A stretch of DNA of 62,986 nucleotides, counting the filler, from Globobulimina sp. (lineage: Eukaryota): NCBI GenBank assembly GCA_003354225.1. It is 39 parts of 39 records of this genome, joined end to end, with 100 filler letters (N's around TTAATTAATTAA, not from the genome) between each part and the next. Parts side by side here need not be neighbours in the genome. Positions count along the whole stretch, not along the records: positions 1 to 1,519 come from PIVH01015404.1; positions 1,620 to 3,138 come from PIVH01015405.1; positions 3,239 to 4,757 come from PIVH01015406.1; positions 4,858 to 6,376 come from PIVH01015407.1; positions 6,477 to 7,994 come from PIVH01015408.1; positions 8,095 to 9,612 come from PIVH01015409.1; positions 9,713 to 11,230 come from PIVH01015410.1; positions 11,331 to 12,848 come from PIVH01015411.1; 31 more parts are not named here. The stretch is one strand, 5' to 3'. The translations under genes were made by a program, and so were the position numbers. The first letter of the stretch is position 1, and each line of letters begins with the position of its first letter. Below the pieces are notes generated by a model. That model searched no databases. It saw nothing but the letters and a program-made list of their open reading frames with translations, and had not been told where the DNA came from. Positions 1 to 11,795 of this stretch are shown here, piece after piece.

Positions 1-102
1 GTGATTACATTGTGTAATGTATCAAAAAACATGATGAGGCACTGCGCTATAGCAAGTCACTGGGAAAACTTTCATTTTCATCAAAGTTTCAACTTTTTGT
101 AA

Positions 103-841
103 TCAGATTATGCGGTAAGTTTGGTTCATATCGACATTGTTTTCAGTATTAACAAGATCTGGTTCATTTTTATCAATTGCGTGGCGCACAAGTTCCGATT
201 GCGTAAATTCATCATAGTCTCTATCCTTTGGCAAGTGTACATTTATGTAATTCCAATTTTCAATGAATTCTCTCCTTAATATCAATGGTGGTGTCCTTAA
301 ATGCGCCCATTTGTCTTCATCTGTAACAAACCAATCCTTCTCAACCGGTGGCAATGGCGGATGTCCTGCAGATATCATCAATTTATGAGAGTTTATAACT
401 TGTTCACATAATAATGATTCTTCCTGCATTGATAAACAATATATAAATATAGAAATTTCTGATATTTCCATGCAAAAGAATTAAGAATTAAGTCATACCG
501 AACATCTGTTTTCAACTCTTCTCATATCCATAATAATTCCGCCAATCATTCCGGTATAAAACGGACTCATTCGTATCCAAACTCGCTTTGTTTTTGGAAT
601 AAATGTTGTTAATAATACGCCAAATGTAGCACCGTATACTTCCATCATATAATATTTTGTTCGCGATCCATAGTAATTATGACAAAATACGTCCTCCTTT
701 TTTAAACATATAAAATAAGACAACACAAATCTGATAACTATAATTTACCTCATACTTAAGATCGATTCTCATTCGAGATGATGGGTCATTTGTATCATAT
801 TCTTCCCTTCGAACCAAAAATTGTGATAACCACGCTCCCAT
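103..841 (-). CDS. Three-exon hypothetical protein with hydrophobic central segment
   Basis: ATG at 841; GT-AG introns 748-697 (52 nt) and 498-424 (75 nt) join ORFs 493..726 and 103..471 in frame. Confidence 0.6.
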
Positions 842-1048
842 TGTGATAAATACTGATAATCACGTTTTAAGAGCACAAAAAACTACTACACAGCAGAGAC
901 TCTTGCACGGCAGTAAAAGCTGGTGAAAATATCCGAAAAAAATGGTGATTCAGACATGTTATCTCTGTCTATATCTTTGGATAAATATTATATTAGAATA
1001 TCGTAATCTTAATAATGGCACATGTATTAGAAAGTAATTACAAAATAA

Positions 1049-1519
1049 TTATTTTTCAGTGGGTTCACGCTTGGAAATGAGAAGATGTCTATTTTCGGCG
1101 TCTTGAATCAATGCATTCCACGTACTATCACTTTTTAAACAGTTCGCATTCCCAATGATCCACAATGCATATTTTGCTCTTGTAATAGCAACATTTAATC
1201 TTGAATTGTCATTTAAAAATCCAATATTTGAAATATTATTACTTCGAACACAAGAAAAAATAATAATATCTCTCTCTGAGCCTTGGAATTCATCCACGGT
1301 CACACATTCGATTAAAATTCTATACTGAGAAAATAAAAACTTCTTTACATTTATTAATTTATTCTTAATTAATTGTTTATGCGCTAAGTATGGTGTAATA
1401 ATGCCAATATTTTGGATTTCTGCTAAATAGCTTTCATTTTTAATAAACTTATTGATAATATTTTCAATGCAATTCATTTCCGATACATTAATTAATGAAT
1501 TTGATCGTTTTTCTTCTAT
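1049..1519 (-). CDS. SF1 helicase C-terminal domain (UPF1/senataxin/DNA2-NAM7 family, AAA_12), 5'-partial
   Basis: IGIITPY, TVDEFQGSERDIIIFSCVRSN, GFL..SRLNVAITRAK motifs. Confidence 0.92.
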   Translation of the reverse strand: MEEKRSNSLINVSEMNCIENIINKFIKNESYLAEIQNIGIITPYLAHKQLIKNKLINVKKFLFSQYRILIECVTVDEFQGSERDIIIFSCVRSNNISNIGFLNDNSRLNVAITRAKYALWIIGNANCLKSDSTWNALIQDAENRHLLISKREPTEK

Positions 1520-1619
1520 NNNNNNNNNNNNNNNNNNNNNNNNNNNNNNNNNNNNNNNNNNNNTTAATTAATTAANNNNNNNNNNNNNNNNNNNNNNNNN
1601 NNNNNNNNNNNNNNNNNNN
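1520..1619. other. Artificial contig linker (N44-TTAATTAATTAA-N44); first of 38 copies recurring every ~1.62 kb
   Basis: Identical 100-nt spacer with stops in all six frames; contigs between spacers are 1519-1516 bp. Confidence 0.99.
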
Positions 1620-2270
1620 AAAAGAACCATTCTCTAATCTTTTTTTATCTAAAACATAACCTTTTATCGCAAATTGTTTCAAATCACATTGTTACACAGG
1701 TATTTATACAAAATAATACAATTAATACAGCACTATAATAACTATAATTGTATATATTGCAAACAGAGAGCATGGTGATACTGCCACTTCGTATGATGGA
1801 GCAGGGAGTGAATGGCATGATTTTGGTATGCAGGCCAATTCGCGGCAAGTTTTATTAATGCGCACCATGACCAAACAGGCATTATTATGCACAGGGGCAA
1901 TATCATCGCGATTATTTATTGATTTATTAATTTTAAGCGATGAAGTCAAATATCATCCTGTTTGGGACATAAATTTTGCGTTTATAGTTCGCAAACTATT
2001 ATCTGTCATTGCAATATGTTTGCAAATATTGTGTATATATTTAGCACATGATTTCAGTCAACAATTATACAGTCAGTGCTGTTCATGCTGTCATAGGAAA
2101 TGTCAATTATGTGTTGACCAATGCGCGGAAAAAAGAGTTGAAAGGACTTTGGCAAAAAACGTTGCTATGAACTATTTCAAATTAGACAATTTGTAGACAT
2201 TGTAGCTGAGTGTGTATTGTGTATAGAGATTTAATGCAAGGAATCGGAACAATTGTTTGTTGATTGTCAA

Positions 2271-2888
2271 TTAACTCAATCTATTGTGTAATGACTCAAT
2301 TTTGGCATCTTTTAATTGTAACAGTTGCTCTAGTTTTTGTACTTTTAATTCCAAGATTTCCATTTTATCATTTAAGTGTTGAATAACTCTGTCTTTCTCA
2401 GCGACGATTTGCTTTGTAGTGGACGAGATTTCTTGACCATTTATTGGCGCTCCATCATCGTTGATCGGCGATGAATGTGCGCCATTCTCTGATAATTTGC
2501 TTGCTTTGTTGTTGATTTTTAATTTTATTCGATTTTGTCTTTTTTTTTGATATTTTACAAAATTTACTTTGCATAATTTCAAAGCACGTTCGCATGCGCC
2601 ACGTTTACAGGTTACAATATCATTTACGTCTTGCTCTGATATTTGAAAACCAATTTTTCTGAATACTTTTTGATTGATTGTCCTCCAGTTATATGCCTTT
2701 TGCGCCACGGAATTTGTTGTTGAATAATTATGTAATTCAATTAATTTGGGAAAGAAATGGTGGACGATTTCTGAGACTAATACTCCGTCACTGAAATCAC
2801 GCGCGATATTTTTTTTAACACGCGATAAAGGGATCGTATCCACCCATTTGTAAATTTCTTGAAGATCCTCTGATGATAATTGTTGCAT
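2271..2888 (-). CDS. SPEF1: Sperm flagellar protein 1 / CLAMP (CH domain plus coiled coil)
   Basis: WVDTIPLSRVKKNIARDFSDG, IELHNY, KAYNWRTIN; C-terminal LELKVQKLEQLLQLKDAKI. Confidence 0.9.
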   Translation of the reverse strand: MQQLSSEDLQEIYKWVDTIPLSRVKKNIARDFSDGVLVSEIVHHFFPKLIELHNYSTTNSVAQKAYNWRTINQKVFRKIGFQISEQDVNDIVTCKRGACERALKLCKVNFVKYQKKRQNRIKLKINNKASKLSENGAHSSPINDDGAPINGQEISSTTKQIVAEKDRVIQHLNDKMEILELKVQKLEQLLQLKDAKIESLHNRLS

Positions 2889-3092
2889 TGCACTTACAAT
2901 TACAAGACAACGAAATGTGCTGTTCTAATGACGTAATTATACCCAATCATAATTACATCCAAAAATTCCTGGCTCAATAATACTTTAATGACTAAATGAC
3001 TTATCTATTAAAAGTCATCGTTATCCAAAATAGGTTTTATGTGCTTGATGTTTTCAAAAACAAAATCACATACTTTTCTTTAGGTTTAACTT

Positions 3093-3138
3093 AACGATAT
3101 ATTCCAAAAGATAACCCCCCCCCGTTTGGATAACCCCC
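3093..3138 (+). repeat. Dispersed repeat end AACGATATATTCCAAAAGATAACCCCCC (copy 1)
   Basis: Near-identical copies at 14435-14466 (+) and 17817-17849 (-), all at contig ends. Confidence 0.8.
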
Positions 3139-3238
3139 NNNNNNNNNNNNNNNNNNNNNNNNNNNNNNNNNNNNNNNNNNNNTTAATTAATTAANNNNNN
3201 NNNNNNNNNNNNNNNNNNNNNNNNNNNNNNNNNNNNNN

Positions 3239-4757
3239 CTTCCTCTTCGGACGTATCACTTTCCATGTTTGAATTTTCTCCTTCCGGGACTATGCGTCGT
3301 TCCCGGGGAATCATCACTCTTGTTACTTTTGCTGGTATATAATACATGTAACAAAATGATCCAACCGATGCTGTATCTGCATTATAGGTGTCCTTCTGTG
3401 GCATCATCTGACATGGTCTCACTGACATGTAGGATTCTACTCCTTCATCTGATGCAACTACTACATTCCACAACATGATATCTTTTGGAGCATCACTTCC
3501 TTCATAACGTAGATCTGCTTTCTTGTGTTCTGTTGTCTTCACAAAATTTCGAATTACTCCAATTGTTTCTTCCACTTTAATTCTTGCTGTAAATTGTCCA
3601 ACTTCCGCATACATACGACAATGAAGTCCACGGGGCATCAATAATGGGCGCCCTGGTAATCCTTCATTGTTCCATACTTCATATGGTTGATCTTGTATGC
3701 AAATGCGTAATATCACCTGGTCATTTCGCACAAATTGTGTCACATATGGTTGTTTAAAGTCTACTGTGGCTCTGTCGTCATCGCCCCAAAACTTTGCAGT
3801 TTCATTGGGCGCTTTGAACCAACATTTGAGGTACCCTGTCTTCTCAAGTGATTGATCTTTGTAATTACGGATGTAAGATAGCCATCCCATATTTGATATA
3901 TTCATCGTTGTATGACCAGCTGCTCTTCGCAATGCTGTCATTCTTCGCCAGGATCCATCCGTAATACGGAACAATACCAAATTACTGACATGAATTATAA
4001 TTGCCGTCACGTCAAAAGTCGTAGCATCATCTGGTGCTTGATATGCTGTTCCGAATAATGGTGTTCCTGCTTCGATCAAATCTGGATTACCCATTCCCAA
4101 CCCAAAGGAAGTAATCGTATCCCAGTGTTTTCCCGCTTTTGTGATCTCTGAGTCCTGTAACCATTCACTAACTCCACTTGTTCGCAACGTTAGTTCTTCT
4201 GGAGTTCCGTAGTATTCAAGTAATACTGTGTACGGTGAACGTCGCAATTGGGCAAGCTCCTCGTCTAGTAGCAACCGATTGACTAGAGCCATTCTTGCTC
4301 TCTTATTATGGATACCTCCTATCAATTCTTGTATCAATGTTATTTGATACTTGAAAAACAGGGCTTTGGTTCTCTGGAATGCTTGATCCATATTTTCATA
4401 TACCACAGGCAATTCCTCCAGTACTATTTGTTCTTCTGTAATTTGTTTCAGTGCCAATTTCTCTCTTTTGATTGACGGAATTTTCTCTACACATTTCTCC
4501 AACAACTCTGGTTCCCAACCATTCAATATTGTGTACAATTGTCCTTCTGGTACTTTCATCTCAATCATATGCTGAATGTTCTTAATTCGTGCTTCATCTG
4601 AAGCTGTTGAATTCATAGCATATAATGTATCATCATATGTTTCCCAAGTTCGAGTGGCAATCTTCTTATTTCGAGAGGGTATTGTCAACCGTTTTCGTCC
4701 ACATGGTTTCTCCTCTGATTGATTACTAACCACATGCTTTTCTGGTGACCCTTCTGT
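3239..4757 (-). CDS. Intronless hypothetical protein, ~500 aa, partial
   Basis: Open frame over essentially the whole contig; no family recognised. Confidence 0.6.
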
Positions 4758-4881
4758 NNNNNNNNNNNNNNNNNNNNNNNNNNNNNNNNNNNNNNNNNNN
4801 NTTAATTAATTAANNNNNNNNNNNNNNNNNNNNNNNNNNNNNNNNNNNNNNNNNNNNCTCGCGATTCCAGCTAAAAATGAC

Positions 4882-6376
4882 ATGCATGACACACCCCGAG
4901 AACTATCAAATTGTTCATTCAATATCCATGACCACTCAACCTTCAATCTCCACGATAACGACCATGACAATGACGACCACGAAACACCCATTTCACCCGA
5001 AGAGAATTCCAAAAACACCACCAAAGCCACCACCACCTCTCCCTTCATCGCATCGAGTATAAAAAACACAGAAACCATTCAATGTATGGTACGAATCCGT
5101 CCCTTATTGTCCGACATTGAAACTAATGGCCGGATCTGTGTCGATTTAAACGAATCCAATAAAATGATTACCATCGATTGCAAGCCCAAAGAGAAAGCAT
5201 TCACGTTTGACCATGTCGGCGCTATGCAGTCTACGCAAGAGTCCATCTTCCAAACTGTGGGCAAACCCATTTCCAATGCGTGTCTATCTGGGTATAACGG
5301 CACAATATTCGCATACGGACAGACCGGTTCTGGCAAAACCTTCACTATCTTAGGTAAGCACCCTTCCTTTGTCCAACACTGAACATTGATATATGGCAAA
5401 TTCCCGTATCCAATCTCAGGCGACTTGGGAGATAAAAACAGCTCTCGCCGCGGATTAATGCCCCGCATATTTGACTACTTATTCTCTCAAATCCACCGTC
5501 ATCGGCAAAAGATGGGCATGGACCGCGTAGAATATCTGGTCAAATGCTCGTGTTTGGAGATCTACAATGAGCGCATTCAGGACTTGTTGGAACCGGATCG
5601 CTGTAACTTGCAGATCCGCGAAGATATAAAGCGCGGCGTGGTTGTGGAAGGGCTGTCTTATAAAATCTGTGAGACTGCAAACGATGCATTGGATTTGATC
5701 AACGTGGCGGGGCGAAACCGCCGCGTCTCTCAGACCGCGATGAACAAAGAATCGTCGCGCTCGCATTTAATGTTTACGCTGTTGATCGAATGCCGCATCT
5801 CTGACAATAACAACGAGAGCAACGGCAAGAATACGCCGCAAATCATCACGCAAACGCCGATATTTACGCGTACTGCGAAGAAGGGCAATGCTAAGAAATT
5901 GGTCCGTACTCGCACTTCGCGCTTCAATTTGGTGGATTTGGCCGGCTCAGAACGGCAGAAAAACACCCATGTGAAAGGGGAGCGGTTGCGCGAAGCCGGC
6001 AGCATTAACAAATCATTGACGGTGTTGGGCCATGTGATGAAAGCGTTGGTGCAGAGGAACGTGGATGAGAGCAACAACAAACACCGGCATATACATTATC
6101 GCGACAGTAAACTGACGCATTTGCTGAAGGACTCGTTGGGCGGCAACTCATTGACATTCATGATTGCTTGCATCTCGCCGTCGAGTATGAATTTATTAGA
6201 GTCTCTGAGCACGTTACAGTTTGCGCGCAGAGCGAAGTATATTAAGAATAAGGCGCAGTTGAACGAGGACCAAAGTGGCAGTGTTCAGGTGTTGAAGGCG
6301 GAGAATTTGAAGTTGATCAATGAAGTGGAACAGTTGAAGAATGTGATACGGAAACAGAAGATTTCGCTGTCGAGAT
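4882..6376 (+). CDS. Kinesin motor protein (kinesin-12/KIF15-like), 3'-partial
   Basis: VRIRP, AYGQTGSGKT P-loop, NKESSRSH switch I, LVDLAGSER switch II, HIHYRDSKLT; 66-nt intron 5354-5419. Confidence 0.95.
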
Positions 6377-6495
6377 NNNNNNNNNNNNNNNNNNNNNNNN
6401 NNNNNNNNNNNNNNNNNNNNTTAATTAATTAANNNNNNNNNNNNNNNNNNNNNNNNNNNNNNNNNNNNNNNNNNNNAATATCTGGTACACTTCCA

Positions 6496-6750
6496 TTAAC
6501 TGTGTATATGTGCGCGAGTGCAAGGATGTAAGTTATAAAACCACCAACCTGTATGTCTTCTGAATGGCACAATTTCCCTTTTCTTAATCACATTTTTCAA
6601 GAATCGCTTGGCTCGCGCACAGCTCATGCCTTTCAAGCATGAGGCAGTTTCGTGCGTGTTTTTGTAGCTTATTCTGATGCCTTCGCCTTTGGCCTTTGCT
6701 GCCCGGGCCCAGTCTTGACAGCGTGGCTCATTTCGCATATATTTTACCAT
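6496..6750 (-). CDS. RPL17: 60S ribosomal protein L17 (uL22), N-terminal exon
   Basis: MVKY...AKAKGEGIRISYKNTHETA..LKGM...A.RFLKNVI...EIVPFRR; probable GT donor at 6548. Confidence 0.92.
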   Translation of the reverse strand: MVKYMRNEPRCQDWARAAKAKGEGIRISYKNTHETASCLKGMSCARAKRFLKNVIKKREIVPFRRHTGWWFYNLHPCTRAHIHS

Positions 6751-6866
6751 TTTGTTACCGTCTTAGTTTGATTGCAACAGACGATATTGTTTTGATATGA
6801 TATTAAAGCGGGACTAGAAAGTTTTTAATAGCTCCACTATCACAAAATAAAAAGTGAAAGCTGATC

Positions 6867-7795
6867 ATGGACCATCGTCAACAGTTTGAACTACAGCGAG
6901 CAATCTCTGGTCCAGTCTCGGCATCCATACAGACCATGAACGACTCGTCGTTTCTGGTCTTTAGTGATAAAGTGGTGGAAGAAGACTCAGACGAAGAGGA
7001 TTTAGACAGATACACCGATGTCGGTTTAAGAGAGCAATTATTCATCACCTTATCGCGCGCTATACGGAGCACTCAGAATTCTGAACCCAAAATCACCGAA
7101 TCTGCCGTCCCTGAGTCTATAAAAAATAAACGCGGCCCACAACGTAGAAAACTAAACCCTTTGCAGTCACAAACACAAAACCAAGCAAAGGCTAAACAGA
7201 CTGGCAATGCGCCATTGACATTACCCAAACAATCATATTCCAAATACAATGACAGCCACACTAACAACCACAACAACGACCTGCAATATCACGGCCACCG
7301 CACCAACAAACCACCAAAAAACAAGTTGCAATCATACAATGATACTTTGTCCAAAAACGCCGCCTATTTTAAGTACGTATCGCCCATTCAATCATCTCCC
7401 AATCACAGCTCAATCATGAAACACAAAGAAAACAATCACCCACACAAACCCAAGTTGGCCACCGCCACTACCTCAGACCCCTCCACCTTCACTATAAAAG
7501 ACCGAAACTCGCGGTCCAAACACAAAAAAGTACACAAACGCCAACAGTCCAACATACGGCATTACTCCTCGCGTCTCAACGGTGGAAATACTGACGACGG
7601 CACGTATGTGTTCGACGAATATGATAATTATACGCGGTTTTCAGCCGTGCCGGCGTCAGAGAGTACAAATTCGTTTTCACGAAAGCGAAAGTCCAAATCG
7701 CCAAAGATCCACAGCACCCAATGCGACCAGCACATTATCAGTCGCTTGGAACAAGTGCGGAAGGACAAATCGGAGACAATTTTGCAAAATTTGCC
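6867..7795 (+). CDS. Low-complexity eukaryotic hypothetical protein, truncated at chimeric junction
   Basis: Long S/N/K/H-rich ORF; composition shifts abruptly to high GC after ~7795. Confidence 0.55.
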
Positions 7796-7994
7796 GCCCA
7801 CTTCACGCACACCTCGGCGGGATGCAGGCCGTGCGCTGCAGCGATCTCGAGCAGCACCGGATCCTCCAGGTCCACCGTGTCCCCTTCCACGCGGTCACGC
7901 TCGGGACGGCTCGGCGAACCGAGCGGGCAGAAGGCGATCGGCAGCACGTCGTGCGCAACACAGTAGTCGAAGAGCGCCGGCTGCTGGAAGTGCG
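7794..7994 (-). CDS. Bacterial-type aldo/keto reductase fragment
   Basis: PHFQQPALFDYC...PIAFCPLGSP.RPERD...EDPVLLEIAAAHGLHPAEVCVKWA; GC-rich codons. Confidence 0.85.
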
Positions 7995-8463
7995 NNNNNN
8001 NNNNNNNNNNNNNNNNNNNNNNNNNNNNNNNNNNNNNNTTAATTAATTAANNNNNNNNNNNNNNNNNNNNNNNNNNNNNNNNNNNNNNNNNNNNAAACAG
8101 ACTGATAATATAAAAAAGTCGCAAAAATGAATCTGCAGCAGGTTAAATAGGCATAGCAAATGCAAGCTGTGTGATAAGTACGCTGAAAAAAATGAAAAAA
8201 AACTTTTTGAACAGAAAAAAATTTGCAGCATTATCGGAGAGGCCTATTGTTTAGATTGCTGAGAATTTGTTGCTATATGTCCATAACGGTTGTGTGTTTT
8301 TTAATGAACTTTTTGAAGAGATCGAACTCGCTTCGATCATTATTCCGTGCCAAATAATTCGAGATTTCCTTTTGTTTTTTAATGTGTTTATAATTAGCAA
8401 TGAAAAACAAAAGGAAATATTGATGCTATCTATTTTAAATTAAATGTGATCGAGGACAAGAAA

Positions 8464-9343
8464 TCAATAGTAACGATTACCATATCTTCCAAATCTTGGC
8501 ATTCCACCAAAACCTCTTCTTTGTATTCTTTGAGGCTGAGGTCGAGCATTTGCATCATAATTATATGATTGTTGCAGTCTATTAAACGCTGCATCAATTC
8601 CTAACTGATCCACAATCTCAAAAACAGGATTAAATAATCCAATGCAACATAATAAACCAACAAAGATTCCACAAAGATGTCCTAAGAATGACGCGTTTGG
8701 TGTAATCAAACTTATTAACACCAATTCAAACCAACACAAATATTTTGTTGGTATAGAAAACCCCCAATAATTTGTATTTGCATTGCTGCCATGATTTAAC
8801 ACAACCTATGTTCAGACGTGTAACATAAACATAATAAACATATTATATAATTGACAATGATGTGTATTGGAACAAACATACTTTGAGAGCAAATAAAACC
8901 GCACTGAACCCGACTGCGCATGAATGGAAACTGGTGTCATAGTCCCAAATATGGCTCAGTAGCACAGCAACCAACACATAAAACAGTGATGATAGCAAAG
9001 TTGAGATGAGAATAAGCGTAAACAATCGAGCGGATCCAATGTTTCTTTCCAACTTCATTCCTTTCCATAATAATGATACCATATTGTAGTATAAATGCCA
9101 ACTATCCGCATGAAAAAATGCGGACAGAATCAACCTCTCATATTGGCCATGTTGAACGACAGATATTGGGCGAATGCAAACATCTGATAATGGAATGTAA
9201 TCGGCCATGAAATGAACTGCTATGTTGATCGCAAAGAATATTAAAGTCACAGGAGGGAGACGATTGAGTCCAATCTCCTGTAATTGGCCAAATAGTAATA
9301 ATAAGGGAAGGAAGTCATTTCTTCTTCTGTTATTTCGTGGCAT
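8464..9343 (-). CDS. RHBDD1: Rhomboid-family protease (RHBDD1/RHBDL4-like)
   Basis: PPVT, HADSWHLYYNM, catalytic GFSAV and GHLCG; 76-nt intron 8881-8806 gives ALKVVLNH. Confidence 0.88.
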
Positions 9344-9396
9344 TATGTTTCCTGATGACAACCAAAGGTTTTTATTCAAGTAACAGTGCTCTTTAA

Positions 9397-9612
9397 ATGG
9401 CATCAGATTCCAAAACAGCAACAAACAAAAAGACAGACGACAATTCCGACGCATACTTAGGTCAACCAATCGACCGCAGAGGCAAAACCCTGACCGACGA
9501 ACAAGCCGCGATCTTCCACCGCTACAACCAATGGAAAAACAACCTAATGTGTCTGTATAATCACATCGAATCCTACGCCCTGCCATACACGGCGCGGACA
9601 GTCCAATTCCTC
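9397..9612 (+). CDS. Histone-binding RBBP4/MSI1/CAF1-C-like protein, N-terminus
   Basis: YNQWKNNLMCLYNHIESYALPYTARTVQFL resembles the YKIWKKNTPFLYD...ALEWPSLTAQWL N-terminal motif. Confidence 0.7.
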
Positions 9613-9712
9613 NNNNNNNNNNNNNNNNNNNNNNNNNNNNNNNNNNNNNNNNNNNNTTAATTAATTAANNNNNNNNNNNNNNNNNNNNNNNNNNNNNNNN
9701 NNNNNNNNNNNN

Positions 9713-10712
9713 GTGAAAAAAGTAAATAAGAAAATATCAGATGAAAATATTCATCATTCGATGGTAGTAAATTTCGATGAAACGAGTGTGTCAGCCGTGC
9801 CATCGTATGATTATACTATGAATGTGAGAGGGAGAGGCACCATAAAAATTGCTGGGAGAGATATAAAAAGAAACTTAACAGCAATAACCGCCGGGGCGTT
9901 GAATGGGAATAAGTTAGGATGGCAAGTAATTTATGGAGGGAAAACTGAAAGATGTGAGGTTAAGAAAATTCTATTTCCTCCGGATTGGGATATTAAAAAA
10001 ACATTGGTCAACCAATGTGAGTAAAGTGAGATATATATCAAATATTATTGTATTGTATATGGAAGCAATGCGTATTCGGTATGATTTGTATGACGATGCA
10101 AAAGGTTTAATTATTTTTGATTATCATTCGACAAATATTTCAAATCCATTATTTTATCAAACATTGAGGGAAAATTATATTGATTATTGTTTAGTTGATG
10201 CGGGAATGACCGATGATGAGCAACCGATGGATCAAGCTGTGAATAAAAAAACTAAAATGGAATTGCGAAAATGTTTTAATTTATTTTATTTAAACGAAGT
10301 AAATAAGCATATTGAGCGTGGCGGAGTTATTGAGGCATTTAAGTTGGATTTGAGGTGGGGAATAATTAAAAAAAGGCACGCAAAATGGTTAGTGAGTACA
10401 CATAATAAAATAACTGCGAAAGATATTCGCAATTCATTTCGAGTGTGTGGGATTACTGGAATCTATGAAAGTGATGACGACGAAAAGGATAACAATTCAG
10501 AGGAGGAGGATACTGACACAGAGGCGAAGGAAAATGATAATGAATATGACACAGAGGAGGAGGTGGATGCAAATGATACTAATAATATGTGGATGCAAAT
10601 GAGAAATCATAATGTGAATTCTCATAATGTGAATTATCGGTTGGGAGCTAGAGCTGAGCAAGAAAGTGAAGTTGAAGGTGAAAGTGATTCGGATTTAGAA
10701 ATATTAAATTAA
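9713..10712 (+). mobile_element. pogo/Tigger-like DDE transposase, frameshifted
   Basis: VNFDET, LIIFD, QPMDQAVN catalytic motifs and acidic tail; frameshift near the A-run at ~9995. Confidence 0.82.
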
Positions 10713-10756
10713 TATTTGATTGCATTTGAATGTATCTTTCTTGAAATGCATATTAT

Positions 10757-11230
10757 TTAGATTTGTTCTTTCTTCTTTTTTTTAGAAACATAAATTTTAG
10801 ATTTTCTTTCTTTTAAAAAACATTGATTCAGAGTACTTTTAAAAATCTGGAAAACTAAAACGTAAACCTTTCGAACCAATCTACAGGGAAAGTACTCCAT
10901 TTTATTTGTTTTTATGCATTCATTTAACCAGTGATTAAATCCGCCTTCTAACAAATATACATATTGTTTCCCTGAAAATAATTGTTTTGTATGCACATAT
11001 TCTAAATATAATGCAGTACATCGTGGGCCTCTAAATTGACTGTACATACAGTGAATTATAACGTATTTCTTATATTTATAGTTTGAATATAATTTAGATA
11101 AATCTTGTTTGAATTTGTAGGATGGTGTATTTATAGCACCTTTTATGTGTGCACCAAACCAATCACCATTTTTGTCTGATGTTCTTGTATCAAATATAAC
11201 CAAATCATTCAAGTCTTCATCGATATCCAT
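10757..11230 (-). CDS. Rhodanese-fold Cdc25-like phosphatase/arsenate reductase (ACR2/YCH1-like), partial
   Basis: GAHIKGAIN, HCMYSQFRGP active site, YLLEGGFNHW. Confidence 0.88.
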   Translation of the reverse strand: MDIDEDLNDLVIFDTRTSDKNGDWFGAHIKGAINTPSYKFKQDLSKLYSNYKYKKYVIIHCMYSQFRGPRCTALYLEYVHTKQLFSGKQYVYLLEGGFNHWLNECIKTNKMEYFPCRLVRKVYVLVFQIFKSTLNQCFLKERKSKIYVSKKKKKEQI

Positions 11231-11332
11231 NNNNNNNNNNNNNNNNNNNNNNNNNNNNNNNNNNNNNNNNNNNNTTAATTAATTAANNNNNNNNNNNNNN
11301 NNNNNNNNNNNNNNNNNNNNNNNNNNNNNNCA

Positions 11333-11795
11333 GATCCGGCAGCAACAACCGGAACAGTAACAGTACCCACCATTCTTGATACTGCCATTGACGGACAGCC
11401 ACTAAGAGCTGGCGTCATAGGTTGTGGCGGACGCGGATCCGGTGCAGCACTCGATTTTCTGAATGCAGGTCCGAATCTCAGCGTTGTCGCCGTCGCAGAT
11501 GTTTTCCAGGATCGCGTTGATGATTTCAGGAAAAAACTGAAAGAAAAGAAAGATGTTGAATTGGAAGATGCCAATTGCTTTGTGGGATTTGATGGCTTCA
11601 AGAAACTTCTGGAGGTGGACCTGGATTATGTTATTTTAGCTACTCCTCCCTATTTCCGCCCCGAACATTTCCAGGCTTGTGTAGAGGCCAGAAAGCATGT
11701 ATTTATGGAGGAGCCCGTGGCAGTTGATCCAGTTGGAGCACGTGCTGTCATGGCTGCATCCAAGCAGGCAGAGGCTGCGGGTTTATGTGTGATTT
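11333..11795 (+). CDS. Bacterial Gfo/Idh/MocA oxidoreductase fragment (Bacteroidota-like)
   Basis: Frame from 11333: LRAGVIGCGGRGSGAA...ADVFQDR...ILATPPYFRPEH...KHVFMEEPVAVD. Confidence 0.88.

Noticed and set aside
1564-1575. Regularly spaced TTAATTAATTAA palindromes
   Set aside because: Artificial linker embedded in N-runs; ORF tails such as XXXLIN are artefacts.
5079-6080. Minus-strand ORFs over the kinesin (similar cases over pescadillo, ATPase, BEL and the coiled-coil genes)
   Set aside because: Antisense shadows of well-supported genes.
7582-8046. Overlapping Arg-rich + strand ORFs
   Set aside because: Shadow frames of the GC-rich AKR fragment.
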